Shown here one piece after another: positions 27,760-39,169 of a stretch of DNA of 64,000 bases. Made by a program: the position numbers and the translations under genes. How positions within the stretch are numbered: position 1 is the first letter of the stretch; every line of letters begins with the position of its first letter. Source of the DNA: Acidobacteriota bacterium (GTDB taxonomy: Bacteria; Acidobacteriota; UBA6911; RPQK01; JADFOI01); the NCBI GenBank assembly GCA_963663035.1, contig OY760074.1, positions 1,344,001-1,408,000 on the forward strand, read 5' to 3'. The notes under the pieces were generated by a model, which saw nothing but the letters and a program-made list of their open reading frames with translations, was not told the DNA's origin and did no database searches.

Positions 27760-29687
27760 CGGAACCTCGATTGAGCGGCCACTTCCTCATCTGAAAAATC
27801 GTAGGCAGGTCCAATCCGTGCCATGCCAAACTCATTCGCCAGGGATTCCTGCAACTGGATAATCTCGCCGCCCACCAGCGTCATGGGTACACGAATTTTC
27901 AAAATGTCATCGACCGGAACGGTAAAATAGTCACGGTCCAGGACCACCAGATCTGCGTATTTGCCCACTTCCAGCGTGCCCAGTTCGTCTTCTTTGAGCA
28001 CGTATTCGGATGCCCAGGATGTCCACATCTTCAGGGCATGCACTCGGTCAATTCGCTCGTCGGGTTGGTAGACGACCCCACCTTCTCTGCGAGTCACCGA
28101 TTGCCACTGCATGTTAAACGGTGGCGTACCCCCATGATGCTGGCCGACCAGCTTCACACCCGAATCAATCCAGGTCTTAAAGGGGATAATGAAAGGCTCT
28201 ATCTGGGGGCCATAATCGGCGATCCAGTCTGCTGCCTCGCGGAGATAGTTGATGCCGCAGCTCAGGATGATTCCATAGTCTGTCAGCCTCTGAATGATGT
28301 CCGGTTGCTGTCCGATCAGATTGCAGTGCTCACCGGTCAGCTTCATGTCACGCACCTGCTGCATCGACCAGCCGTTGACTTCGCGGGCCCGATCGATCAT
28401 TTGAGTAAAGGCTCGCACACTTTGGCTGCCGCAGATGTGCACTCCCGCCAGACGCCAGCCGGCGGCAGCGGCATTTTCAAGTGTATCCCAGGGCAGTTCC
28501 CCCGGTACCGGGCAGACCTCTCGAGACTTGATATTGGGTGGGGCGATGGTATCGGGTCCCGTGCACGATTCCGGGTATATCGAATCCCAGCGCTCTGAGG
28601 CCACTCCGTCAATCCACAGGTGATCGTCTCCAATTCCCTGCAGCACCCCGGTCCGCCGATAAATCTGACGGGTCTGCTGGGGATCGGTGGGCATGCGGTG
28701 GATTTCATAGTGAGCTGCGAAACGAATCGGCAGTTGGTCCAATCCGGCAAGAGTGGCATATCCACTCATGATCTTGGGGAACTGAACGCGGCTTGAAAAA
28801 GTGGTGATTCCTTTGGTGGTGGCCTCTTCCGAAATGATCCTGATGGCTTCGGCCAGAGTGGCCAGAGGCAGTTTTTCCAGAAACAGCTCCCAGGTGATCA
28901 CGGACATCTCCTGGCTGCCCACCCATCCGATTTCGGCAATGTCCTCTCCAATCACGTCCCCGTGCATGGTCTCGTGGATGGATTCGGAGTATCCGGGCAG
29001 AAACTCATTCATAATCTCCAGCGCCTGGGAGTTGACCCAGCCCCGCGGGCCGGGTCGTATCAGAACGGGATTATCAGGAGTCCACAAGTCCAGCGTCCTG
29101 CGATTGGTGATGCGTCGCGTAAACCCCCAGAAGCTCGCCTCGCCTGGCGCTTCAGGATTACCCTGAATACTGAGCACCAGCCATTCGCCCGGGTCCACCT
29201 CCTGGACCGCATCCTGGAGTGTCTCCCGCATGATGGCCTGTGTTTTCTCCAGGTCCCGATCTGCCTGCATGGAGAGAAAGCTTACGCCCTCGGGAGGATA
29301 CTTGAAGCCTAACCGGTCCAGATGTCGGGTTGCACCTCCGTACATGTGGCTGTGTGTCTCGATTATGCCGGGAATCAGAGTCCTCCCATTCAGATCAAAA
29401 GTCCGAGTGTCGGGTCCCGCCACCGTCCGGACCTGCTGGTTGGTCCCCAGCTTCATGATCTTCTCGCCTTTGACGGCTATGGCCTGATAGGTGTTCCCCA
29501 CACTGGTGGAACGGGACTTATCGTCCATGCTCACCACCTTGCCGTTGACAAAGATCGTGTCTGCATATCCCGATTGGGCTACTTCTGGAGCCAACTGACC
29601 GAAGGCACTGGTGAGCTGGAAAAGAAGCAGCAGGGCCAGAGCTGGCCAGGCAGCTGGATATTTACTGATCAATTGATAGTCCCTCAT
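27753..29687 (-). CDS. Secreted amidohydrolase-3 family protein (distant paralog 4)
   Basis: PGIIETHSH, GEHC and GTLEVGKYADLVVLDRD motifs; signal peptide; RBS GGGAGG before ATG 29687. Confidence 0.88.
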   Translation of the reverse strand: MRDYQLISKYPAAWPALALLLLFQLTSAFGQLAPEVAQSGYADTIFVNGKVVSMDDKSRSTSVGNTYQAIAVKGEKIMKLGTNQQVRTVAGPDTRTFDLNGRTLIPGIIETHSHMYGGATRHLDRLGFKYPPEGVSFLSMQADRDLEKTQAIMRETLQDAVQEVDPGEWLVLSIQGNPEAPGEASFWGFTRRITNRRTLDLWTPDNPVLIRPGPRGWVNSQALEIMNEFLPGYSESIHETMHGDVIGEDIAEIGWVGSQEMSVITWELFLEKLPLATLAEAIRIISEEATTKGITTFSSRVQFPKIMSGYATLAGLDQLPIRFAAHYEIHRMPTDPQQTRQIYRRTGVLQGIGDDHLWIDGVASERWDSIYPESCTGPDTIAPPNIKSREVCPVPGELPWDTLENAAAAGWRLAGVHICGSQSVRAFTQMIDRAREVNGWSMQQVRDMKLTGEHCNLIGQQPDIIQRLTDYGIILSCGINYLREAADWIADYGPQIEPFIIPFKTWIDSGVKLVGQHHGGTPPFNMQWQSVTRREGGVVYQPDERIDRVHALKMWTSWASEYVLKEDELGTLEVGKYADLVVLDRDYFTVPVDDILKIRVPMTLVGGEIIQLQESLANEFGMARIGPAYDFSDEEVAAQSRFRQ

Positions 29688-29828
29688 GGTTCCTCCCTTG
29701 GTCTTGATGCGGTTGAAAAGGCGATACCTAATCTCAAACTCCTGACTGCAACTGTGCTCAATGGTACGCCTGGCTGTGCTGAAAGGCAATGGAAAAGAGC
29801 TTCCTATTCCCATGTGCACCCGGGATCT

Positions 29829-30560
29829 TTATCCATGGCTGGGCGGGTGTTCTTTCCAATATTCCATGGCCCGCTCCCAGTCGGCCACAGCCTTGGGCCC
29901 GTTGGTATGGAGGTGGGCCACAAATTGATCCCACATGCGAGGCCGAAATCCCAGGAACTCGCAATAATTGGGGCCTACTTTTCGGTTAGCCTGGCGCATC
30001 TCCCTGCGTTTTATCTGATACTCCAAGATAATTCTTAAGGTGTCGCCATCCGTCCAGTCCGCTTTGAACCAGATAAAACGTCTGCCCTTCCCTATGAGAT
30101 ACAGCATGTCGGGAAGGGCTCCATAGGCCCGGTGTGCAGCTCCCTCCAGACTGTCAACGAGGATGGGTCGCTGGATAGCAAATTGAGACTGAAAAGCTCT
30201 CGCTTGATCCAGCTTCTGCTCGAATCGGGTGTGATGGGGTCGGAGTTCTCCCGGATGTGCCTCCCGGGTATAGACAAACACGAATTCGAATCCTTTGTCC
30301 CGGTAATCGCTGGCAAGTTTCTCCATAGCCGGCCCGGCTATGCCACAAAACGGTCAGGTTAAGCTTCCAAATTCAAGAACGACATTGGAATGGACCGTAA
30401 GATCTGACAATCTCACTTTCTTCCCATCCTCAAGACGCGTGGCCTCAAAGTCCGGTGCTTCTGTACCAACCTTCAGCGTCTGCTGAAATCTTGAAAAATC
30501 TCTCTCTTCTTCCTCACCGGGAAGATAACCCTCGTAGTTGTATGGAAGATCCTGAGTCAT
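29829..30560 (-). CDS. Deiodinase-like thioredoxin-fold selenoprotein (Sec at TGA 30354-30356, UPFC)
   Basis: Two track ORFs are in frame across a single TGA, reading APDF..VLEFGSLT-U-PFC..FVYTREAHP (deiodinase signature). A SECIS-like hairpin starts 11 nt downstream. Confidence 0.88.
30324..30342 (-). promoter_or_regulatory. Bacterial SECIS element
   Basis: mRNA reads UGA-CCGUUUUGUGG-CAUAGCCG-GGC-CGGCUAUG: a perfect 8-bp stem with G in the loop, starting 11 nt after UGA. Confidence 0.8.
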
Positions 30561-31101
30561 GATACTGATGAGATTTTACGCTCGGAGCCGCGGAGAAGGC
30601 AATGTGAGATACTTATATCCGCTGATGATTCTTCCATCCAAGCGGATTTCTTGGCTTCTTTGCACCTGGCTTTTCCTGTTGCCATATTGCCGGAGTATGA
30701 AAGAAGCGACGATCGAGAACCTGCAAACCGAAAGCACACTGACTGATTATCAGATGATCTCCCTGACAGGTCGAAGAGATGGTGATCGTCTGCCCGTCCG
30801 ACTCGTTTTTGAAGCCTCCTCTTCGAACTTACGGATGGACTTGCTCTTTCGCATTGGTGTTCCGACCCGTCTGGAGTCTGGTCAGTATCATTGGGAACGG
30901 CAGGATGAAGTTCTGGAGGGACTGGTTCGAGCCAGCTCTGTGACCTTCCTGGGAGGACAGTCCGAGAATCCCAATCTGGGTGGCGTCTTCCAACTTTTCT
31001 CAGCCAGCGGTGTTCCCAGCTATAAAGTCACACTCCCAACCAGCGAGGTGACACGGTCCCGCACACGACCCGGCACTCCATTGGTGGTTCCGTCGCACTG
31101 A
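30559..31101 (+). CDS. Hypothetical exported protein
   Basis: Fills the gap between genes; hydrophobic N-terminal segment with Cys; beta-rich. The start is probably later than 30559. Confidence 0.6.
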   Translation: MILMRFYARSRGEGNVRYLYPLMILPSKRISWLLCTWLFLLPYCRSMKEATIENLQTESTLTDYQMISLTGRRDGDRLPVRLVFEASSSNLRMDLLFRIGVPTRLESGQYHWERQDEVLEGLVRASSVTFLGGQSENPNLGGVFQLFSASGVPSYKVTLPTSEVTRSRTRPGTPLVVPSH

Positions 31102-31235
31102 CTGCTGTCGCCTGGAGCTAGCCCGCATTCCCTCAATCATCACGAATTTAAAAGCCGGTAAGGCTCCTCCCTCAGGTTGCGACAAGCTTTTGAAAGGCGC
31201 ATAATCGCCTCCAAAGAAAAGGGGAGCAATCGACA

Positions 31236-32396
31236 ATGCTGGGTAAAAACGCTATCCGATTCGTGACACTACTGATCGCTTTCCTGCTGGGGACTCCCCT
31301 TCTGGCGCTGGCCCAACAGCCAGGAGCCAGGGAGGACTCGCCCACTGAAGGGACCGGGGAAGCACTGGTGCGCACCCTATGCACCTCCTGTCATTCCGTG
31401 GAGAGGGCCGTGCCTGAGGGAAGAAGCCGCCAGGAATGGAACAGAACGGTCCAGGATATGCTTTCTCGAGGAGCCCAGATTCTCAGCGCAGACGCAGAAG
31501 CCATCATCAACTTTCTGGCTGAGCGCTACCCGGTTGGGGCTGGGCCTATGCTGGAGCAGCGGCTGATGGTCTGGGTCGATCACCAGGGAAATGTGGAACC
31601 GCTGGCAGCACCTCCTCGAAGCTACATGCGGCCGCGACTCTCACCCGACGGCACCCAAGTGGCCGTGGAGGTCTTGTTGGACAAACGCGACATCTGGATC
31701 TTTGACATCCCCACCGGTGAGCTGCGGCGATTGACCTTTGAGGGGAGCAATCGGTCCGTCCTCTGGAGTCCCGACGGCCAGCGGGTGCTGTTTGGCTCCG
31801 ACCGGCACCAGTCCCCTGAAGGAGGACGCTCCTTCCGTGACGATCATGAGGCTTACTGGATGCCAGTCGATGGGAGTGGGGAAGCTGAGCGTCTGACCCA
31901 TGCCGAACTCAATCACGGACCTCAACGGTGGACTCCCGATGGCAAGACGCTCTCTTTCTATGAGATTCACCCCGAGACCGGCCGCGATATCTGGATGCTC
32001 CCCTTTGAGGGAGATCGAACGCCCTGGGTGTTCCTCAACACCCCCGCTCTGGAAGGAGGCATTGCTTTCTCCGCCGATGGACGCTGGCTGGCCTACACCT
32101 CCGATGAGACCGGCCAACGTGAGGTTGTGGTCCGAGCCTTTCCCGAGGCCGAGCCAGCCCATCAGGTTTCCAGGGGTGGAGGAATCGAAGTGGTCTGGCC
32201 TCCCCTCAGCAAAGACCTCTTCTACCGCAACGGGAACAAGCGGATGGCGGTAGAGATCAGCACGACTCCTACCCTGACTATGGGGACCCCTCGAGTCCTG
32301 TTTGAAGGGGACTTTGTCCCCAGTTCCGGCACCCGTTCCAACTGGGACGCCACCCTCGACGGCCAGCGATTCCTCATGCTCAAGAAGGTGGAGTAG
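31236..32396 (+). CDS. Exported cytochrome c domain fused to TolB/PD40 beta-propeller
   Basis: Signal peptide and CTSCH, then SPDG/WTPDG/FSADG propeller repeats. Confidence 0.85.
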   Translation: MLGKNAIRFVTLLIAFLLGTPLLALAQQPGAREDSPTEGTGEALVRTLCTSCHSVERAVPEGRSRQEWNRTVQDMLSRGAQILSADAEAIINFLAERYPVGAGPMLEQRLMVWVDHQGNVEPLAAPPRSYMRPRLSPDGTQVAVEVLLDKRDIWIFDIPTGELRRLTFEGSNRSVLWSPDGQRVLFGSDRHQSPEGGRSFRDDHEAYWMPVDGSGEAERLTHAELNHGPQRWTPDGKTLSFYEIHPETGRDIWMLPFEGDRTPWVFLNTPALEGGIAFSADGRWLAYTSDETGQREVVVRAFPEAEPAHQVSRGGGIEVVWPPLSKDLFYRNGNKRMAVEISTTPTLTMGTPRVLFEGDFVPSSGTRSNWDATLDGQRFLMLKKVE

Positions 32397-32446
32397 GCCA
32401 CAATTGGCCAAATCAAGCCGCGCCTCTCAAGGGACAGCAAGCGTTG

Positions 32447-32935
32447 ATGAGTACTTCAACAGGCAAGTCCAGCACTTCACTTGACTCTCCCAAGAAATTC
32501 ACAGTCAGCACATGGGAGCTGATCGTGGCCTATGGAGTTGGAACTCCTTTTGGATGTCTATTCCTTTATTTCTTTCTCTTTCCTCCCAGAAGCGATCCTT
32601 TCTGGAGCCTGGCTGGCCGGGCAATCGGTCTGTTTTTCGCCTCTTGGATTTTCCATGATCTTTTGTTGGTGGCACTGACGCTCCGAATCACCGATCACGG
32701 TGTCGAGGGAAAGAGCATTCTCAATACTCGAAACATTCCATGGGAAGAGATTCAAAAGATCGATGTCAAAAGGACCTACAGCTCCTACAACAGCGTGAAG
32801 CTGTATATTCATGGCCGCAAGGGAAAGATACGCTTTGACCTGGGTTCAGTTGGAGGTCCTCGCTCCACCAGGGATCTCCCTCTGATTAAGAAAATCTTTG
32901 AGGGTAGAGTTCCAGAGGTGCAAGCCAACTGGTGA
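32447..32935 (+). CDS. Membrane protein with PH-like domain
   Basis: Two TMs, then LRITDHGVE..IPWEEIQKI. Confidence 0.6.
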   Translation: MSTSTGKSSTSLDSPKKFTVSTWELIVAYGVGTPFGCLFLYFFLFPPRSDPFWSLAGRAIGLFFASWIFHDLLLVALTLRITDHGVEGKSILNTRNIPWEEIQKIDVKRTYSSYNSVKLYIHGRKGKIRFDLGSVGGPRSTRDLPLIKKIFEGRVPEVQANW

Positions 32936-32958
32936 GAGCAACCGGAGCAGTCCGGAGC

Positions 32959-34311
32959 TCAACGAATGAAACGATCACCAATCCAATCAGCAGCGTAGTC
33001 AAAGGCCCTCTTGACCGTGTCCCCGAACTCTCCTGGGGTACTTTCGCAGGCTCGGCAGGGCGTCACGCCATGTGAGGCACCCTCAATGAAGATCAAGGTT
33101 TTGTCCTGGCTGGCGGCGTGATCATAGAAAATTTCAGTGGCCACCATCCAGTAATATCCCGTCATTCCCATAATGAGAATGGGAACATGCACACCTTCCA
33201 GGTTAGCCGGGGTGGCGGTGTTTGACGAATTCCAGTCAATACCCTCAATGTCGTCTTCCGTAATAAAGTAGTCTGAGGTGGTGCGAATGGCGTGGGTGCT
33301 GAGAAAGGCTTTGACCGAATTCACCTGGGCCCCTGAAAAAGCCTCGTTACTTTCCGGGTTCAGACTGGGAACCCTCACCGAGCGCGCAATCTCCATCTTC
33401 ACCGAACCGTCCGGCTTCAAGACTGGATGGGCTCGCTTGGTACGCGACACCAGACTGAGGTCCGCCTGCCACATTCGAGCACCGGCACGACCGATGACAA
33501 AAGGTTCGTCGTCTGAATAATCCCCTGCCCCCTTCTCAATCTTCTCGAGCCGCTCCAGGGCCAGCTGAGTCAGGCGGTCCATCCTGTCCGCCTGGGCTCT
33601 AAAAAAGCGACGCTTGAACTCCTCGCTGTAAGTAGCTCCCTTGGGATCATATCCGTTGCTGGGATCAAACAAATCCAGGGAACGATTCACTTCAGCCGGA
33701 CTTTCTTCATCCACCACACTGGGATCAAGCGCCGACAACAGAATACTCCCGTAGCCAAAATGAGGGTCCCGTAAAATGACGCCATCGGCCGCTGGCAGAT
33801 CTGCAAGCTCATCCGTGCATTGCCCAATTCTCCCCGGCACCTGACAGGCCTTGACCCCGTTCTCAGCTACATTTTGATAGAAGGACATGAGAGGACCGCC
33901 CCCACTGCCGCCCAGCAGGAGGACTGTTTCAAGCCCGGGAAGCCGGCGCATGTAAGCCACAGCCGGCTTGACATCCAGTGGAAGCCGCTCCCAGATCATG
34001 TCCTCGCGACTGGAATTGACATACTGACCAGCGATACACAGCGCTCGGAACCCACGCTTTGCAAACTCGATGCAGGCAAGACTGGTGAGACGACTGCCAT
34101 TGGGATGCATGCTGATCAGCCCCACGCTCGATTCCGGACCCATCGTGGTTGGCGTATACAACAGGCCATAGGTCTGCGCTCTGAGAGGCACGTACTCGGT
34201 TGTATATTCGGGAGCTTGGGCCAATCCCACCATCTGGGCAAAGGCAGCCAGGGCCAAGACTACAGCCAACGTTGGAGGGTTCCGCGCAGACGAATTATTT
34301 TTTTTATTCAT
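32959..34311 (-). CDS. Exported alpha/beta hydrolase
   Basis: Signal peptide, GGSGGG nucleophile elbow, C-terminal IEGASH. Confidence 0.8.
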   Translation of the reverse strand: MNKKNNSSARNPPTLAVVLALAAFAQMVGLAQAPEYTTEYVPLRAQTYGLLYTPTTMGPESSVGLISMHPNGSRLTSLACIEFAKRGFRALCIAGQYVNSSREDMIWERLPLDVKPAVAYMRRLPGLETVLLLGGSGGGPLMSFYQNVAENGVKACQVPGRIGQCTDELADLPAADGVILRDPHFGYGSILLSALDPSVVDEESPAEVNRSLDLFDPSNGYDPKGATYSEEFKRRFFRAQADRMDRLTQLALERLEKIEKGAGDYSDDEPFVIGRAGARMWQADLSLVSRTKRAHPVLKPDGSVKMEIARSVRVPSLNPESNEAFSGAQVNSVKAFLSTHAIRTTSDYFITEDDIEGIDWNSSNTATPANLEGVHVPILIMGMTGYYWMVATEIFYDHAASQDKTLIFIEGASHGVTPCRACESTPGEFGDTVKRAFDYAADWIGDRFIR

Positions 34312-34354
34312 TTCTCCTCCAAATTCCCGAAAGGGGCACAAGTGCTTCCGGCGC

Positions 34355-36748
34355 TCACGGTTCAAGGTTCATCCGCCGCAGCAGGTCAGCGAAGCGAGGG
34401 TCGTCGCGGAGGGGGTCCCAGCGGGAGTGGTTTTTAATATAAGGCAAATCTGCCACTCGTGCCTGGTAAGCTCTCTCCAACCATTCAAATGCCTGATCGG
34501 TTTCACCAAGTCCCGCGTAAATCCAGGCAAAAGTGTTTTCTGGGACATATTCTTGTTTCGCTCTTTCGGTCTCGTAAAGAAGCACCCATCGCAAAGCACT
34601 CTCTGCACCTGAGGCAGCTGCATCTGGGAGCCCTGCTAACTCTTCTGGGCTGGCTCCTCCAAGAATCCACTCCCGCTGCCACGCTGCAGCTGCTTCTTGG
34701 TACAGACCCATGTCAACATAGAGTCCCCCCAAACAGCTATAGGCCCGTTGGAAGTTCGGATCCATATCCAATGCTGACTGACAAATTTCAATTCCTTCCT
34801 CGTATCGACGTGCACTGCGAAAATAAAAACCTAACGCAACTGCAGTGGCCAGGTTGAGGGGATCAAGCTGCTGGGCGCGTTTGCCCAGAGCAATGGCCTC
34901 GTCGTGGCGTCCCATCAACGACATGAGCAAGGCGTACCCACGATTCGCCGCGTAAGAACTCGGATCGAGTTCCATGGCCAGCTTAAGTTCTCTTTCGGAT
35001 CCCGCCCAATCCCACTGGGAGAGACGCTTGACATCTCCCATTGTCGCGTGAGCTTCAGCAAGCGTGTTGTCAATCTCTAGTGCCTTCATCGCCAGCTCCT
35101 CCACTTTGGGCATGGTCTCCAGTGCGGGAAGTACTCCAATGGGGAGGATAAGCCTGTAGTAGGATCTGGACAATGCGGAATAGGCTTGAGCATAGTTTGG
35201 ATCTATCTGGATTGCTTCTTCAAAATGCTGAATCGCCTTCATGTGACTGTCTGCGCTATTCTTTGCTTGTTGAAATTTCCCCTGGAGATAGGCTTGGTGC
35301 GCTTCGCTGTTTTCGGTGTAGCGTTTGCTTAGTCTTTCCCCCTCTTCTCCCGTCAACTGGACACCCAAAGCATCGGCAATTTGCTTGCTGAGGGTTTCTT
35401 CCAGTTCAAAAACGGCAGATCGCGGTTCTGTGTAAGTTTCACCCCAGACAGTGCTGTTGTTTTCCCCATCGATCAATTCAACATTGATCCTGATGTTCTC
35501 GCCTAACTGCACCATACTTCCGATCACTACGGCTCGAACATCAACCTCCTGTGCGACCGTCTGTGGGTTGACTTCTTTGTCTTTGTAACCCCTCAACGAT
35601 GCACTGGAGATAACCTTGTTCAGACCAGACAGTTGGGAGAGTCGGTTGATTATGCCCTCGGCAATCCCGTCACTCACATATTCCAACTCAGGATCACCAC
35701 TTCGGTTCTCAAAAGGTAGCACAGCTATAGAATCGATGGGTTCTGCTGGAGGAGCGGCAGTGAAAGGCCAGAACAAGGCCAGAGGCAACAGAACAAGAAC
35801 CACGACTCCTCCAGCCACCACGGGCCATACGTAACTCCGCCTGGCGGAAGTCGCTGCCGCTACGGCTGTGGTGGCGACTGACTCCCCTGAGGTATCTCTT
35901 TTGAGCCGCTTGAGGTCGGTGAACAGATCCTTGGCGGACTGACAACGAATCTCGCTGTCTTTTTCCAGGGACTTGTTGATGATGCGCTCGAGTTCATCCG
36001 GCACATCGGGATTGAGACGCACTGGAGAAGTGGGGGCTTTGGTCAGAATCTCGGTAAACACAATCTCAGTGGTGTTTCCCTGGAAGGGCAAACTCCCCGT
36101 CGCCATCTCATACAACACCACGCCCAGCGAGAACAGATCCGTCCGGGCATCCAGTTCCTCACCCCTGGCCTGCTCAGGAGACATATAAGCCACCGTCCCC
36201 AAAGCCGTCCCTGGGCTGGTGAGAGCCTCCTCCGACACCTGAGCCGTGGGCATCTTCGAGTCCACTTCCGTTGGCTCCTGGGTCAGCTTGGCCAGTCCAA
36301 AGTCCAGCACCTTGGCGTCACCTCCCTGGGTGATGAAGATGTTGCCCGGCTTGATGTCTCTGTGGACGATGCCCTTGGAGTGAGCGGCATCCAGCGCATC
36401 GGCAATTTGAATCCCCAGGTCCAAAAGCTCATCCGTTGGCATGGAGCGGCCCTGGATGCGGTGCTTTAGCGTTTGGCCTTCCAGGAACTCCATCACAATG
36501 AAGGGCTGACCCTCGTGATCGCCGATGTCGTGGATGGTGCAGATGTTGGGATGATTGAGTGCCGATGCTGCTCTGGCCTCTCGCTGGAAACGATCCAATG
36601 CCTGTTGATTCTGGGCAAACTTCTCGGGCAGAAACTTCAGGGCCACATTGCGACCCAACCTGGTGTCCTCGGCCCTGTAGACCACACCCATCCCACCGCC
36701 GCCCAGCTTCTCCAGGATCTTGTAGTGGGATATGGTTTGGCCGATCAT
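34355..36748 (-). CDS. Hanks-type Ser/Thr kinase with TM, TolB_N-like domain and TPRs
   Basis: [34 protein letters not shown] and SIAVLPFEN motifs; TPR tail ending LRDDPRF. Confidence 0.95.
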   Translation of the reverse strand: MIGQTISHYKILEKLGGGGMGVVYRAEDTRLGRNVALKFLPEKFAQNQQALDRFQREARAASALNHPNICTIHDIGDHEGQPFIVMEFLEGQTLKHRIQGRSMPTDELLDLGIQIADALDAAHSKGIVHRDIKPGNIFITQGGDAKVLDFGLAKLTQEPTEVDSKMPTAQVSEEALTSPGTALGTVAYMSPEQARGEELDARTDLFSLGVVLYEMATGSLPFQGNTTEIVFTEILTKAPTSPVRLNPDVPDELERIINKSLEKDSEIRCQSAKDLFTDLKRLKRDTSGESVATTAVAAATSARRSYVWPVVAGGVVVLVLLPLALFWPFTAAPPAEPIDSIAVLPFENRSGDPELEYVSDGIAEGIINRLSQLSGLNKVISSASLRGYKDKEVNPQTVAQEVDVRAVVIGSMVQLGENIRINVELIDGENNSTVWGETYTEPRSAVFELEETLSKQIADALGVQLTGEEGERLSKRYTENSEAHQAYLQGKFQQAKNSADSHMKAIQHFEEAIQIDPNYAQAYSALSRSYYRLILPIGVLPALETMPKVEELAMKALEIDNTLAEAHATMGDVKRLSQWDWAGSERELKLAMELDPSSYAANRGYALLMSLMGRHDEAIALGKRAQQLDPLNLATAVALGFYFRSARRYEEGIEICQSALDMDPNFQRAYSCLGGLYVDMGLYQEAAAAWQREWILGGASPEELAGLPDAAASGAESALRWVLLYETERAKQEYVPENTFAWIYAGLGETDQAFEWLERAYQARVADLPYIKNHSRWDPLRDDPRFADLLRRMNLEP

Positions 36749-36918
36749 TTTTGGACTCCCCCTCAAGGCGGGTGTGATTCGTCCTAGATGTTAAGCCTTT
36801 AGGGATATGAAGGCAATGGGAGAAAGAAATCAACCTGGATCGACCAAAACTTCTGGGCAAAGAATTGGCTACCAGTGACGAAATAAGATATTAATAGGCC
36901 ACTCGCGAAAGGAGAACT

Positions 36919-39084
36919 ATGGCTTTCAGACCCTCTTTCGTGTCGGGGTTGACGCTTCTTCTGGTATGCCTGCAGTTTTGGCCTCAAGGGCTGGCTGCCG
37001 ATCGAGCGGTTCGCGCCCGCTGGATGGAGGAAACCATCACCCTGGATGGTGTTCTCAGCGAAGCCCCTTGGCAGTTGGCTGAGCCGGCCACCGACTTCAT
37101 CCAGTCTGAACCCAGCCAGGGAGAGCCCTCAAGCCAACGCACCGAGGTCCGCATCCTTTTTGATTCGGATAACCTCTATTTTGGTGTCAACTGTTTTGAC
37201 AGCAACCCTCAGGGGATCGTATCCAACAGCCTCAGACGCGATTTTTCTCCAGGAGATGAGGACACCTTTGAGATTTTGCTGGATACCTTCGCCAGCTCGC
37301 GGGATGGCTTTCTGTTCGTGTTCAATCCCCGCGGTGCCAAGAGAGACGTCCAGATCACCAATGAGGGAAGGGAGAGCAATGTCAGTTGGGACGCCATCTG
37401 GGAAATCAAAACCCACATCAATGAACAGGGCTGGACGGCTGAAATCCTGATTCCCATCAAGACGCTTCGCTACAGCAAGACCCCCCAAGGTGCCTGGCGG
37501 ATAAACTTCGGAAGGCAAATCCGTCGCAACAACGAGAGAAGCTACTGGTCTGAGCTTCCCCGCCGATTCAACATCACGCGGGTTAGTCTGGCCGGAGAGC
37601 TCCTGGGGATGACCCAAAGTGAGATCCAACCCGGTCGCAACCTCTCCCTCGTTCCTTACGTCGCGAGCAACCTGACTCACCAGGATTCCGATACCACTTC
37701 CACTTCCGATGTAGGCGTCGACCTCAAATATGGACTGACCTCCAGTCTGACCCTGGATCTGACCTACAACACAGATTTCTCGCACGTGGAAGTCGATCAA
37801 CAGCAGGTGAATCTGGATCGATTCCGAATCAGCTTCCCCGAGAAGCGAGACTTCTTTCTAGAGAACATGGGGCTTTTTGAAATCGGCAGCGTTAGACTAC
37901 AGACATCGGGAATACCGGACCCGGAGGATATAAAACTCTTTTACAGCCGACGCGTCGGACTGACACTGGCCAGGCGTCCCGTTCCCATTCTGGGCGGAGC
38001 TCGTTTGACGGGTCGAGCGGGTCCCTATGAACTGGGATTTATCAACATTCAGACGGAAGAAGCGCAAGGGCAGGGACCGGAGAATAACTCGGTCCTGAGG
38101 GTGAAGAGGGATATCCTGACGCGTTCCTGGCTGGGGGGCTTTTACCTCAATCGGCAGGGGCGCGACCGTGAAACCAATCAAGTCTACGGAGTGGATGGAC
38201 TGTATCGGCCGCGAGACGATCTCGTTTTGAATTCCTTGTTTGTGCAGACCAAGACTCCCGGCATAGAGGATGATGATTGGGCTTTTCGCGTTGAGGGGCT
38301 CTATGATGCAAGGTGGTTAAGGCTGGGAGGCACTCACGCCACGGTCCAGGATGATTATCGGGATGATCTGGGTTTTGCTGCGCGCACGGGGGTGAATATT
38401 GAACGCCTGGAAACGCGTCCTCGCATTCGTCCCTGGGAAGGCCGGATGATTCGGGAGATCAACCCGGTGCTCAACATTCGCTATATCACGGACTCGCAAG
38501 GCCGGCTCATCACCCGAAAACAGAGCATTGGGCTTGAATTTACCTTCCAGAATGGAACTCTCATACGCTACCGTCACCGCACTTATTTTGATCGGCTGGA
38601 TGAGGATTTTGAAATCCGAAACAACATCATCGTCCCCTTGGCGGATTATAATTACAGCGAAGATGGCCTCGAGTTCACCAGTGACCGAAGTCGCGCCCTC
38701 TCCGGGAGATTCACCTTTTATGATGGAAGCTTCTGGAACGGGGACAAGAAGAGCTTTCTAGCCGACGCTCGATATCGGCCCAATGGTCATGTCAGTACTT
38801 CATTCACTTTTACACGTAGTGACGTGAGCTTGCCGGGAGGAGATTTCCAGGTCGATCAACTTCGCTTCCGGCTCCAATATGCTTTCAATACCCGGACCTT
38901 CCTCGACACGTTTATTCAATACGACAGTGAAGACCGCGAAATCACCTCGAATGTGCGCTTCAACCTGATCCACCATTCTCTGAGTGATCTTTTCATCGTT
39001 TATACGGAGGAGAATCCCACTACCAGCGGGGCCAGCACCGATCGGGTTCTTTCCCTCAAGTACGCACATCTGTTGGGTTTCTAA
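36919..39084 (+). CDS. CBM9-like/DUF5916 outer-membrane protein
   Basis: ITLDGVLSE..W, GWTAEILIP, NTDFSHVEVD and FPEKRDFFLE motifs; C-terminal Phe. Confidence 0.88.
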   Translation: MAFRPSFVSGLTLLLVCLQFWPQGLAADRAVRARWMEETITLDGVLSEAPWQLAEPATDFIQSEPSQGEPSSQRTEVRILFDSDNLYFGVNCFDSNPQGIVSNSLRRDFSPGDEDTFEILLDTFASSRDGFLFVFNPRGAKRDVQITNEGRESNVSWDAIWEIKTHINEQGWTAEILIPIKTLRYSKTPQGAWRINFGRQIRRNNERSYWSELPRRFNITRVSLAGELLGMTQSEIQPGRNLSLVPYVASNLTHQDSDTTSTSDVGVDLKYGLTSSLTLDLTYNTDFSHVEVDQQQVNLDRFRISFPEKRDFFLENMGLFEIGSVRLQTSGIPDPEDIKLFYSRRVGLTLARRPVPILGGARLTGRAGPYELGFINIQTEEAQGQGPENNSVLRVKRDILTRSWLGGFYLNRQGRDRETNQVYGVDGLYRPRDDLVLNSLFVQTKTPGIEDDDWAFRVEGLYDARWLRLGGTHATVQDDYRDDLGFAARTGVNIERLETRPRIRPWEGRMIREINPVLNIRYITDSQGRLITRKQSIGLEFTFQNGTLIRYRHRTYFDRLDEDFEIRNNIIVPLADYNYSEDGLEFTSDRSRALSGRFTFYDGSFWNGDKKSFLADARYRPNGHVSTSFTFTRSDVSLPGGDFQVDQLRFRLQYAFNTRTFLDTFIQYDSEDREITSNVRFNLIHHSLSDLFIVYTEENPTTSGASTDRVLSLKYAHLLGF

Positions 39085-39169
39085 GCCTTGCAAAGGCTGG
39101 TTTCCCCCTCACGCTATCCGGTTTGCCTTTAACCTCCTGCAGGTTTATCATTTAGGGAGATTGAGGTTT

